NCBI RefSeq assembly: GCF_018977255.1
Contig: NW_024704743.1
Coordinates: forward strand, 24,182,001 to 24,246,000
Length of the DNA: 64,000 nucleotides
Direction: 5' to 3'
DNA from: Callorhinchus milii
Taxonomy: Eukaryota
Under the pieces are notes generated by a model that was not told the origin of the DNA, searched no databases, and worked only from the letters and a program-made list of their open reading frames with translations. This document shows, in pieces, positions 38,001 to 50,000 of this stretch; the first letter of the stretch is position 1; every line of letters starts with the position of its first letter. Both the position numbers and the translations under genes were made by a program.

Positions 38001-41000
38001 GCGCCTTTCACATCAGAAGGATGTCCCTAAACCCTTCATAGGATTTTACTGTAAAGTAGAGTGAATGTGATTTGTAGGCGATAGGAAAAAGAGCTATGAA
38101 TACAAAAGCTACGAAGCTTAATTAAATTTATACAAGACATCATTTAGGTTTGCTGTGTGCAAATTGTTAGGTTAGGTTTACAGTTTGCTGTGTGCAAACT
38201 GGCTACTGCATTTGTCTATAAAATACTGTCATTGCACTTTACAATAAATTTACTGGAACCTCCCTCTTCTTACTTTAACCGGCAGCCTCCCACTTTACTC
38301 CCGCCCTCTTCCTCTCTTTCTGTCTTTAAGTCCTGCCTCCAATCCTACCTCTATTAATGCACCTATGGCCACCGTCTCTTCCCTCTCCCCACCTTGCTTG
38401 GCCAAACCCATCCATGTGAAGTATTACCCTATGTGAAGGGCACTATATAAATGTAAATTGTCGTTTGTTGTAAATCCTGTGAAGTACTTTGACATGTCCT
38501 CCCGATGTGAAAGATGCTACGTTAAAAGCAAGGATTATTATTTTATTATTATTACAGCTCTTGGCACCCAATTACAGAGAGTATATCAGTGCCATGAAAG
38601 GAGGAGTAATGAGGAGCTCCAAGGAGAGGAAGTGGAGTTTTAAGTGAATAAAATTGAATTCAAAAAACAAAAATCTAGATATTACATAAAATAATAACAA
38701 TAATAATAATCCTTGCATTTGATATAGCGCTTTATCACATCTTCAAGATGTTTCGAAGGGCTTCACAGAATATGCTGTAAAGTGAATTGACTCTGTATTT
38801 TGTGGATGAAACGTGGCAGCCAATTGCGCACAGCAGTGTCCCACAAACAGTCATGAATCGAGTGACCAAATTATTATTTTTATTGAAAAGAAAGAGATCA
38901 TTTAAAGGTTGGTTTGTTTCCTGTGTTTTTCACTAGAGTGCATTACCTGGGTGATGATGTGAAGCCTGCATCTCAGCGCTCTGCAGCACGGAATCCTGGA
39001 AGTTGCGGGTGAACTGGTGAGGCGGTTTGAGTTTCCTATTCCTGTCAGTTACCATCCCATATGGTTTGCACTTGTCACTGGAGGCGCCGCTGAAATCTGC
39101 TGTTCCCAGCTTGTCAGATTTGTTCTCATTTACGCTGCTTGTGCGATCATTTGACACGGATTCCAGAGCTGGTGGTGTCAGCCGTGGCTCTGCCCGAGGC
39201 TTGGCTGGCAGTTTCTCATGAGGATGAACAGTTTGGCTGCTGTCAGGTGCAAGCACCGAGAGACAGCTGACGTCAGGTGCACCTGTCAGGCCGGAAGCAT
39301 CTGCCAGATGAAAACAGATAGTCTGTTCACTTCTCTGATGCCTACATGAAGTCCTGCTCTCCTTGGTGTAAATATTCTGACAGTAACATTACTCACATTT
39401 TGTGTGGAGAACATTTAAGGTGGAGGCTACTGCGGTTATCTGAATACTTAAGTGAGAAGCAGACCTGGGCATGGCTCAATCTGACCCAAAACTGACATAA
39501 GCAGTGATTGTAGGGTGTCAAATCAGACGTTTTGGCAATATTTCTTGTTGGAATTCAGGAAATGCAACCCCCTGCCCTCCTGAACTACTTTGCCATAAAG
39601 GTAATAATAATAATAATAATAATCCTTGTATTTGATATAGCGCTTTTCACGTCAGGAGGACATCCCAAAGCGCTTCACAGAACACACTGTAAAGTGAATT
39701 GACTGTATATTTGTGGGCGAACGCGGCAGCCAATTGCCCAGGGGACAAATACTATGCCCCCACAACTATTCTTTTACACCAAACCAGACAGGTTTGGCTT
39801 GGCTTTGATTTCCTGCATTTTATCAAACATTTTCCCAAACCTTCAGTGATCAAAAAAATAACATCTGCCTTGCACGGTTGGAGGCCTGTCTGACTGAGGG
39901 AAAGGCTCCAGACTGTAATAATAACTCACTGTGCTCATGAATAATTATGTATAACAGAGCCTCAGCAGCTTGTAGCTGTTTTTTTTTCGTCCGGCTGGTT
40001 ATAGCACCCAACTAAACAAGTCGAAAATTGTCACCCGCAACTCTGATCTTCTTGGACCTGCCTGCCCATTTCTGTATATCCAAGTGGCAGACCCTGGGAA
40101 CAAGGCAAACTGGAAACTCACAAAAGCCCCTTTTCTAATCCTATCTGGGGCTGTGGAGATTTAACTTTGGCACTTGCCCCCAAATATATCCATTTATATT
40201 AAGTGCGAGGATTATTAATTTTATTCACAATTTGGCTGCAGTTGTGAATATCTAACAGTGCGACATCCCATTGTTTACACTCCTCATAATATTCAGAATT
40301 AGAATATTCTCATGACCCAATTCAGGAATACAACTTTACGGGCTGTTTCCTGGTGGTGGGGGTGGGGTTGGAGTGGGGGAAACTGAGATGACTTTTCACA
40401 CCAACATCAATTTAGGAAAGAATGTGAAGGCATTCCTAATTAACACAAGTATCAGCTTAAGAAACACTGTAAAAAAATTGCTCTGTGTGCAATTAGCCGC
40501 CACATTTCACCCACAAAATACAGTCACTCCATCTTACTATGAAGCACTTTGAGATGCCTCAATGATGTGACAAGGCGCTATATCAAATGCAAGGGTTATT
40601 ATTGTTATTATTAATAAATAGTATCCTCATTGAATTTTACAGCAAAGGAGGAAATTCAGTCCATTGGGCTGTGCTGCTTCTCTGAAAGAGCTAAACATAT
40701 TGTCCTATTCTGTCCCATTCCTTACTCTTTACATTTTTCAAATATTTGTCCCAATATTTAAAACCTATTATGGGTTTGGCTTCAATCACCATTTTTGTAG
40801 AGAATTATACTGATTACAAACCCTTTTGTGTGAAAAACTCCTACCATCGTACTTTGTTTTCTTGGCAATGATCTTAAATTTACACCCTTTAGTTACCAAT
40901 TCATGACCACCTGGTTAACACCATACATTAAAGATGTCGGCCTGGCTCAGATGATAGCCTCCAGTTACAAGGTTGTGGGTCAAGACCCATGTAGTCTAGG

Positions 41001-44000
41001 CTGACACTCGAATGGGGGAGTGCTGCATTGTTAGAGATGCTGTCCTTTGGATGAGATGTTAAATTGATGTCCTGTTCAGATGGTCATTAAAGATCTTGTG
41101 GCGCAATTCGAAAAAGAGAAGAGTTTCTCCCGGTATCCTAACCAACAATTCCCTCAAAAAGAAATTGGCCATTCACTTCAAGACATTCCCGTGCGCAAAT
41201 TGGCTGCTGCATTTGTCTAGAAATATACAGTCACTACACTTAACTGTGAAGCGCTTTAAGAGTCTCTATATCAAATGGAAGGATTAGTTTTCTTAAAATA
41301 AGTAGCCTGGAATAACTGGTCTCACTCCAAAGTTCATTTTTTTCTAGCCAGTTTCTGTGGCTGTTGACGTAAACCATAGAAATTTAGAGCACAGGTCACT
41401 CAGCCCATTGTGTTGTCAACAAGTCAACGGTCGACAGGATTTTTGAGTTATCTGGTCAGTGACCTGGGTCAAGCCACAACCAAATGAGGGAATTCAAATT
41501 CGACAAAGTAATAAAAATAATAATAATAAATAAGGAACTAGAAAAAAAATCAGGAAATACATGATCTACAAATTGAATGTGGGCGTATGTGGCAATATAA
41601 AACAAACATAATCAACGGCGCAACTGGAGACTATTCAAAAATGGATTGACAAAATTCCTGGTGGACAAAATATCAACCTCCTGCAAAAAGTAGTTATTTT
41701 AGGAAGCTCAAATATATTAAGAAAAGTAACATCCATTCATCTGTAAAGTGGCAGTGTTATTGGTCCTACTGACCCATCACTCAAAACCATTTAGAAATTA
41801 TCTCTACAAAGTGATTTAAACTGTAATAACATAATATAATAATAAATAATAATCATTGCATTGTTCTTTTCACACTGGGAGAACATCTAAGGTGCTTCCC
41901 AGGATATACTGTAAAGTGTAATGACTGTGTACTTTGTGAGTGAATAGTACAGTAAGTGTTAAATGAGCACTGAGGTGACAATACATCAATGTTATTCATC
42001 TACAAAATACAGTCACTACATTTTACAATATATTCTGTGAAGTGCTTTGAGACGTCTGTGAAGGTTGCAATATCAAATGCAAGGATTAGTATCTTTCAGA
42101 AAAATGTTTAGATACAGGTGTGAGAAATGAAAATGCCACAATGATCCATAGATAATGCACATGGGAACACCTGCACAAGTGCACACATACACACACACGC
42201 ACACACACATACACACACACACATATATAGGATAACAAACATACACCCATGAGCACACCGCCACATTTGGATTGCGACATTGCTGGGGGTCAATTGACTG
42301 GCGCGCTTATCCACAAAACACACAGTCACTTCACTTTATAATAAATCCTGTGAAGTGCTTTGGGACGTCCTCCTGAAGTAATAGACGCTATACAAAAAGG
42401 ATTATTATTATCATGCACCCGCACACCCACACAAGCAAACACGCCCACACACACATGTTGATGATTCTTCCATCATAATATATCATAAAGTATTCTGAGG
42501 AATATCAATGTTTCATAATTCTGTGGAAGGGAGTATTATTAATGAATTAATACTGCAATACCATTATTTTTCCTGAAGGGAAATGTCAATTTAGTTTAGA
42601 AATGTCAAAGTGTGACAACATGTCCTATTGAGACTATTTAATCCTATCAGCACTGAATTATTGAATGCAATTTGACAAATGAGTGGGTTGCTGCCACTGA
42701 CATCATATACTTATTGGTCAGATCCAATAGCTCATCAGTTTTGCCCTCACAATCTCCTCACTTCTCCAAGATTTATGCGATCTCATGTCTGTGCCTTTAC
42801 CATTAAGTCAAGCTATTGACTTGATGAAACATCTGAAAAAATCTCCACCTTATTACATTTTTGTATTTGCTGCACATTAGCTCAATGCAATTTACTGTGA
42901 GTTATAACCTGTCTCGGGAAAACCGGAATGTCATTTTTAAGAGCCATTTTACTCACCTTTTGTCTGCGAAGGAATCAAGTGCTTTAAGTCAAAGAGTGCA
43001 AGAAATTCTTTCTTTTCCTCCAAATCTGCTGCCTTGTTCAGTTCACCTGAAGAATGGCTGAGAGAGAGGACACACAGTGGAGCTGGTCTCTTGTTGTCTG
43101 AATGAAGCAGGGATGGACTGTGTTCCCTCAGCATTCTGCGTCTCTTCCTCAGCTTCTGCTGTTTGACCTCTTCTTTCCTGCTCTGAGTGGTCAGCCCCAC
43201 AGCTCCGAGGAAATGGAGTTTCTGTGAGAAGAGTTTCATCGGAAACACAAATTATTTAAAATTATCTGGAGATTGGAAATTCCTCCAAGCCTTAGCCTGC
43301 AAGACCATTTTGTCTTAAAAGTCCTGTAGCTCAGTGGTTGCCAGGAAGGGTAGTTGAGGCCAGGACACTTAAAAAAAACACCTCGATGCTGATGGGAATT
43401 CACTAGGGTGGGTATTCTGGAACAATGAAATCAAATGATCAAATGGGCGAAAGGATTTTCTTTATCTAAACCAATATTGTGATCTTGTGAAAAGTTTCTG
43501 GATGATCTAAATTTTGGATGATCTGAAATGCTTTGTTAATAGACAAAATCTAGTTCCAAATGGATCCCCCCACCCACAGTGATTTGTACAGATATTAGAA
43601 ACATTATCATGTTCCACAAACTGCTCAACATTAATCAGGCATCATCTGCTTAGTATCACTTCACACCAAAAATAACTTTTTGGGTTTTGTGGCGTGTTTT
43701 GCAGGCTTCAGCCTTCCACCACGTATTATTCTATACTGAAATCAAAAAATGCACCTAATGTAAGACCTTTTTTTGTGAAGAATTGTGGAGAATTGTTAAA
43801 TTCAGTCTTCATTCAGGGTCTAGCTTTCCGTGGGTCTTAAAAAGAACCTGCTTTCAAATCAAGATAAATTTAAGATTTTTTTCAGAATCCCACAGTTTAT
43901 TTCTACTGTTAGTGGAGTTGGTGACTAGAAGACATAGGTATAAGATAGTCACAGGAGGAATGAAAGACAAGCTCAGGAGAATTTTTTTCACAACGAGTGT

Positions 44001-47000
44001 TGTTGGACTGTGGAATGCCTTGCCAAGTAAGACTGTAGAACCAGAGTCCATTGTGGGTTTCAAGAGGGAAGAAGACTGATATGTGAAAGAGAAAGGTTTG
44101 GTAAAGGGGAGTGGGATTGAATGTACTGCTTGTTCCAAGAAGCTGGTGTAGACTTAGGGGGCCAGATGGTCTCCTCCTGTGCTATAAATTTCTATGTTTC
44201 TATTTTCGCCCACAAAATATATACTCAATCCACTTTACAGTATATTCTGTGAAGCCCTTTGAAACATCTCGAAGACTTGATCAGGCGTGATTCCAAATGC
44301 AGGGATCATTATTATTATTACATTTTAATAACACGTCTTCTAGACGTCTCAAAGCGCTTCACAGAATAGGCTGTAAATTGAATTGACTGTATATTTGTGG
44401 GCGAAACTCAGCACCCAATTGCACACTGCAGTATCCTACAAAGTCGTGGATTGAAGCGACCAATTTATTTATTTTTTTCTTGAGGAATTATTATCAGGCG
44501 TGTGGAGTAAGGAAAGTTGTCCAAGGTTTCACCAGACGGGAATCAAACCCACGTCTCTCGCTTGCGAGGCAAAATCTTGGTTTGAATAAAGAAAATCCTT
44601 TCGCCCATTTGATCATTTGATTTCATTGTTCCAGAATACCCACCCTAGTGGGTACCCAACCTGTTCCAATCTTCAGTTACCTACTGGGTAAATAAAAACT
44701 TCCTGGTATCTGTTCTTCATTTTGTTTCCACAAACGGCTTCTCCTCCAGCCCCCGCACTGTCTTGTGCGGTGTTACTCAGGGCTCTGTCCTCGGTCCCCT
44801 CCTCTTCACCCTCTATATGCTTCCCCTTGGTGACATCATCCGCAGACATGGGGTTAACTTCCACATGTATGCGGATGACACCCAACTCTACCTTTCCTCC
44901 TCTACCCTCAACTCCACGACCACCGATGTCCTGACAGCTGCCTGTCCGACATCGAGTCCTGGACGAGAGACAACTTTCTTCAGCTCAACGTGCGCAAAAC
45001 TGAGGCCCTCCTGATTGGCTCACGTCAGCGCCTCCGCACCTCAGGCGCTGACAGCATCAGCATCCAAGGCTGCACTCTCCACCTCTCAAAGCCGGTCAGG
45101 AACCTCGAGGTTCTGTTCGACCCTGAGCTGTCCTTTCTCCCCCATATCCGCGCCACAACTGGCACCGCCTTCCATCACCTCCGGAATATCGCCAGACTAC
45201 GGCACTACCTCACCCCTCACGCTGCTGAAACTCTGGTCCACGCCTTTATCACCTCAAGGCTGGACTATGGGAACTCTCTCCTCGCCGGCCTTCCCGGCAC
45301 CTCCCTCCACAAGCTGCAGGTCATTCAGAACTCTGCAGCTCGTGTACTGTCCCGCACCAGGCTTCGCGACCACATCACTCCCACCCTCGCTCGCCTCCAC
45401 TGGCTCCCCATCCCCCAGAGGATCGAATTCACGATCCTCATCCTCACCTACAAGGCCATTCACGGCCTTGCTCCCTCCTACCTCTCTGACCTACTATTCC
45501 CCTATCTACCTGCCCATACCCTCCGTTCCTCTGGCTCCGGTCTGCTCCACATCCCCCGCCCCAACCGCCCTACCATCGGTGGTCGGGCCTTCAGCCTCTC
45601 AGCCCCCAGGCTCTGGAACTCTATCCCCCAGTGCCTTCGCCGCTTCCTCCCTTTCCTCCTTCAAGGTCGGTCTCAAGACCTTTCTCTTCGACCGTGCCTT
45701 CAGCTCCCCTCTCGACTCTCTACCCCCTCCTCGCTCCCTCCCTTCCCTCCCCTCACCCTGACCATTACCCCTCTGTTCAGGTCCCAACCCAACTGTCCAG
45801 CGCCTTGGGACGTCCTCCCGACGTGAAAGGCGCTCTATAAATGAAATCTTGTTGTTGTTGTTGTTGTTCTGAAATTACCCTTTGCACCTCTAAACTTATG
45901 TCCTCTTGTTCCACTGTTTTGAAGCACCTTAAATATTGTTATGGGTTATGTTTTCAAGCCCATTTATAATGTTGTAATACTTTTTGAGGTCTTCTCTGAG
46001 TCGTCTCCTTTCAAGAAAGAATAGCCCTGGTTTGTCTAATTGTTGCTCATTATTCACTGTGTTAACTTCAAAGTTAAGACTGAAATCAGTAACTTGCCAA
46101 ATTCTGCATGCTGAATGCGAAGGAAATAGAATAAATCTAGACCCAGATGAAATTTCTGCTCCTGGTTAGGTGAATGTGTGTGTCTGTGGAGGGGCAGTGC
46201 GGGTGTGTGTGTGTATGTGTGTGCGTTTGTGAAGGGGTTATGGAGGTGCATCGTGTGTGTGTGCGCATCTGTGTGTGCTTGTGTGTGTGGGGGGGGGGGG
46301 GGGGGGGTGGAGGGGCAACGTGTGTGTGTGTGTGTGGAGGGGGTATGGATTTGTAAGTAAGCATGACACACCCTCAAGTTACATTATCCACACAGGCAGA
46401 CCTTCTAGCAGTGGTTACTGGATTCAGCCTTTGAAACAGCATTTAAGTGTGAAGTCTCAGACTGCCTGGGTCAAGACATATCTCTTTTTCAGGTCAATAA
46501 GAGGAAATATGTAGTGGTGAGCTGCTGTTGCAAATAAAAACCTATCCAATAGTTTGTATTTAGAATCATAAACCAAATAAGGGCTGGTGCGATATATTTT
46601 TGCAGAATTAGGACTAATGATTTCCATTGATATTTTCAGATGAAGAGAATTTAAATGTTTTAACTTCCTGTATGTTAGATATGAAAGGACCAGGAACTAA
46701 TGTGAGGCTAATTGATTCCTGAATCTCAGTTACATGAATCTATAGTTACACGGGAAGTGCTTTAAGCTGTGAAAGAGTTATGAGATGTCTGTGTGTGCCT
46801 ACCCGAGGTGTGTCATCTAGCTTTAGAGGAGCTCGCTGGGCAAGTCTGTGCATCTTTCTTCTTATCACCTCCTTGCAGACTCCCCCATCTGAGGAGTTCA
46901 AACCAAAATGCTGTCCTGGGAAATGAAGATTGGTAAAGAAAAATACATACATTGTGAAAATATGTGCATCAAGAGACTGTCTCTATTCTACGCTTTCAAT

Positions 47001-50000
47001 TTCTACCATAGCATTTCTGCATCAAAATTCTACAACAATAACTTGCATTTAAATAGCACCTTTCATGTAGGGTAATGTCTCGAAGCGCTTTACAGGGATG
47101 GGGTTGGATACCAAGCGAGAGGGGGGAGCGGGAGGGGACATACATAGGCACATTAAACGAGGTAGGATTTAAGGCTGGACTAAAAGACAGAAAGGGAGGA
47201 GGCAAGAAGGAGAGGTAGTTAGAGAGAGAGGGTGTACAAGAGGTTAGGGATGTACGAACTGAAGGCTTGGCCACCGATGGTGACATGGAGAGCGCACAGG
47301 ATGCACAGCAAGCTCGAATTAGCTGAGTGGAGGGGGTGGGTGGAGGAGTATGTTAGGATGAGATCAGAGAGTGGGTGTCTGAGAGTGGATAGATTTGTAG
47401 GTGAGAGTGAGGACCTTGAAATCAATCCACTGTAGGACATGGAGGCAGTGAAGACTGGTGAGACTGGAGTGATGGGTGTGCAGAGATTGTCAAGGATGAA
47501 GCTGTGGGCGACAGAGTTTTGGATGAGTTGCAGCTTGTGAATGGTGAAGCTAAGGAGACCAATGTGCAGTGCCAGCACCTAAATTAAAAATCAGTAAACT
47601 ACAGCAACACTGAACATGAGGTTATTCAAGCTTTCCTCTCATACCACTTTGATACAACCCAAGTAACTCGCCTGTGACACATGATTTATGTAGCTTACTG
47701 CAGCTTATTTTGAATAACTCATCCAATTCTTGTGTAGAAATTCAACCTGGATTTACTCTATTAATGTAGCATTAAATAGTGTGCAGAATTTGGCAAAGAA
47801 TTTAGTTCAGTTACACCTTTGAAGTCTGTTTTATGTAGTTGATAAAAGAACTTACAGAAAACTGGCTTCAAAATTAAAGATCGTGTTTAAGGATTTGCCA
47901 AACTCTAGGCACTCTAAAATACATATTAATAGAGTAAATCTGGACAAGGGTAGAATTTTTACCTAATATTCTCTTACAGAGTGAGGCCCATCATACTCTG
48001 ATTGCTAAAAACAGTGATCATTACATTACATCTTTATAATGGGATTTACCATTGTGTATAATCTTGGTATAACCATGGACTGATCCCTATAAACATCCAT
48101 TTAACAGTTCTAGGCTTGTAGGGATAATGGGAGCTGAGTGGGAAGAATCCCTGGCTGCAGTGACTGGTCCTGCCAAGTCCTGCTGATAAGCCAGCCTAGC
48201 TATGCTGTCACATCCACATCCACCCAGTGAAGGCTCAAACTAGAATAGGGAAAGAATTCCATTCCAAGAAGATATTTATTGGAATGGAATACAGACTGTC
48301 TCCCTGGAGGGATGCATCCTGTTTACCTAATTCCAGAAAGTATTACGCTCAGGTTGGCAAGACCCAAGGCTTGGGGGCTTGTGTTAGGGAACACAAGCAT
48401 AACCTCAATGTGCCTCAATCACGGCACAAGAATAACCAACTGGTGACTCTTCTCCTTGGTGGGAAGGTAATTGGGGTCTCCTTGGAGCTGAACTGCCTCT
48501 AAAATGACGTGTTTGGCAACGGAATGTCAGAATCAAGCCCACCTTATGTGGCGGTCTCAGTAGGCCAGACTAGTCTTGAGGACTGGGACTCTTCCCTGTC
48601 AGCTCCTGCTAATGCTGCAAGCCAAAGGCCTTACGAGTAGGGTTGTCCTGGCTGGAGAAGCAGTGGGAAAACTTGCCAGACAGTGCTCTCAATGGCAGGC
48701 TAAGCGGGTTTAGCTGGTTACACTCCAGCAATTCCCTAACACAAGCGCCCAAGCCTTGGCTCGTGCCAACCTGCGCGTAACACTTTCTGGAATTAGATAA
48801 ACAGGATGCATCCCTTGGTGGGAAAGTAAGTGGGGTATCCTTGGAGCTGAACTTCCTCCAAAGTGACGTGTTTGGCAATGGAATATCAGAATCAAACCCA
48901 CCTTCTGTGGCAGTCTCGGTAAATATCTTATTGGAATGGAATTTCTATGTGTAGGTGGGATGCATGGAATTCTCAGTTTGGTTTCGATACTCTTAAGCAT
49001 GGTAATGGGTTTTTGCAAGTGTCACGAAATTTGGCTGAGCAAACAAAACAGCTCTATGTTGTGCCACCTAATATTTTTTCCTTATTCTAGCACAGCTATA
49101 AAAATATAGTACTCCTCGTCCCTCAGGAAGCTTGTTAAGAAATGTGGTGACATCAACATTCAGTCAGTTTACATTACAAGTAAACCTTGATAACATGGCA
49201 ATCTCTTGATCCCTAGATACATTTAGGGACTGATTTGTTTAAAGTGAAGGTGTCACCTTCAAGGTTTGCAATCGATCAGGTTCTTAATGACGTCACTTCC
49301 CTAAAGCTGTCTTTCTGCAGGTACTTCACTGTAAGTATTACATTCAACTTCAACCCATTTTGGACATCCAAGCTATCCCAGCCTCCCTCCCCATTATACT
49401 CAGTTTTGAGACTGAAACAAGAGTCAGTTAAAGTGACAAATCATGGAAATAATGAGTAAGGAACACATGGATTGATGCAGACTGATTAAAAAGAAGTAGA
49501 TGGGTAGTCTGGATGGTGTGCCTTGTACTAGATAGACTTTACCGTAAAGACACTGATATACTGGTATGTATTGTATTGAACTGTATGATGTGCACTGGCT
49601 GACGTATTTATCTGCATTGTACTGGACTGTATCATGACTGGCAGGTATATATATAGTCTACAGGACGGTGTCATGCAACACCCAGCTAGCTTGTCTTACC
49701 ATTCACCCTAGCTTCTTTCAGTTTTCTTTCTGCCAGATCTAACTTGCTGACAACAGGCTTCTCGAGTGGTGGATCCTCAATGCCCAGCCTGATGACTGGA
49801 GCATCACTGCTGCAAGGCACAGATCTGGTGGGTGCCAGAGAGTGCTCTCGTTTCTTCAGACTGAGATCAGCTACTCCAGAAGTGGTAGATAAATCCAAGC
49901 ATTCTCTCTGCAGCTCCTCTCGACGACTGTCTACAATTGGGTGTTTGAAGTCACTGTCAACATCTTTTACAGGCTGACGGCTGGAAGCCTGAGCCTTTAA

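Noticed and set aside
39770..39915. Candidate extra GSE1-like exon ([14 protein letters not shown])
   Set aside because: Phase and splice signals do not fit and similarity is weak
42705..42740. Hammerhead ribozyme (minus CTGATGAG + TATTGG/CCAATA stem)
   Set aside because: No GAAA after stem II and no stems I or III
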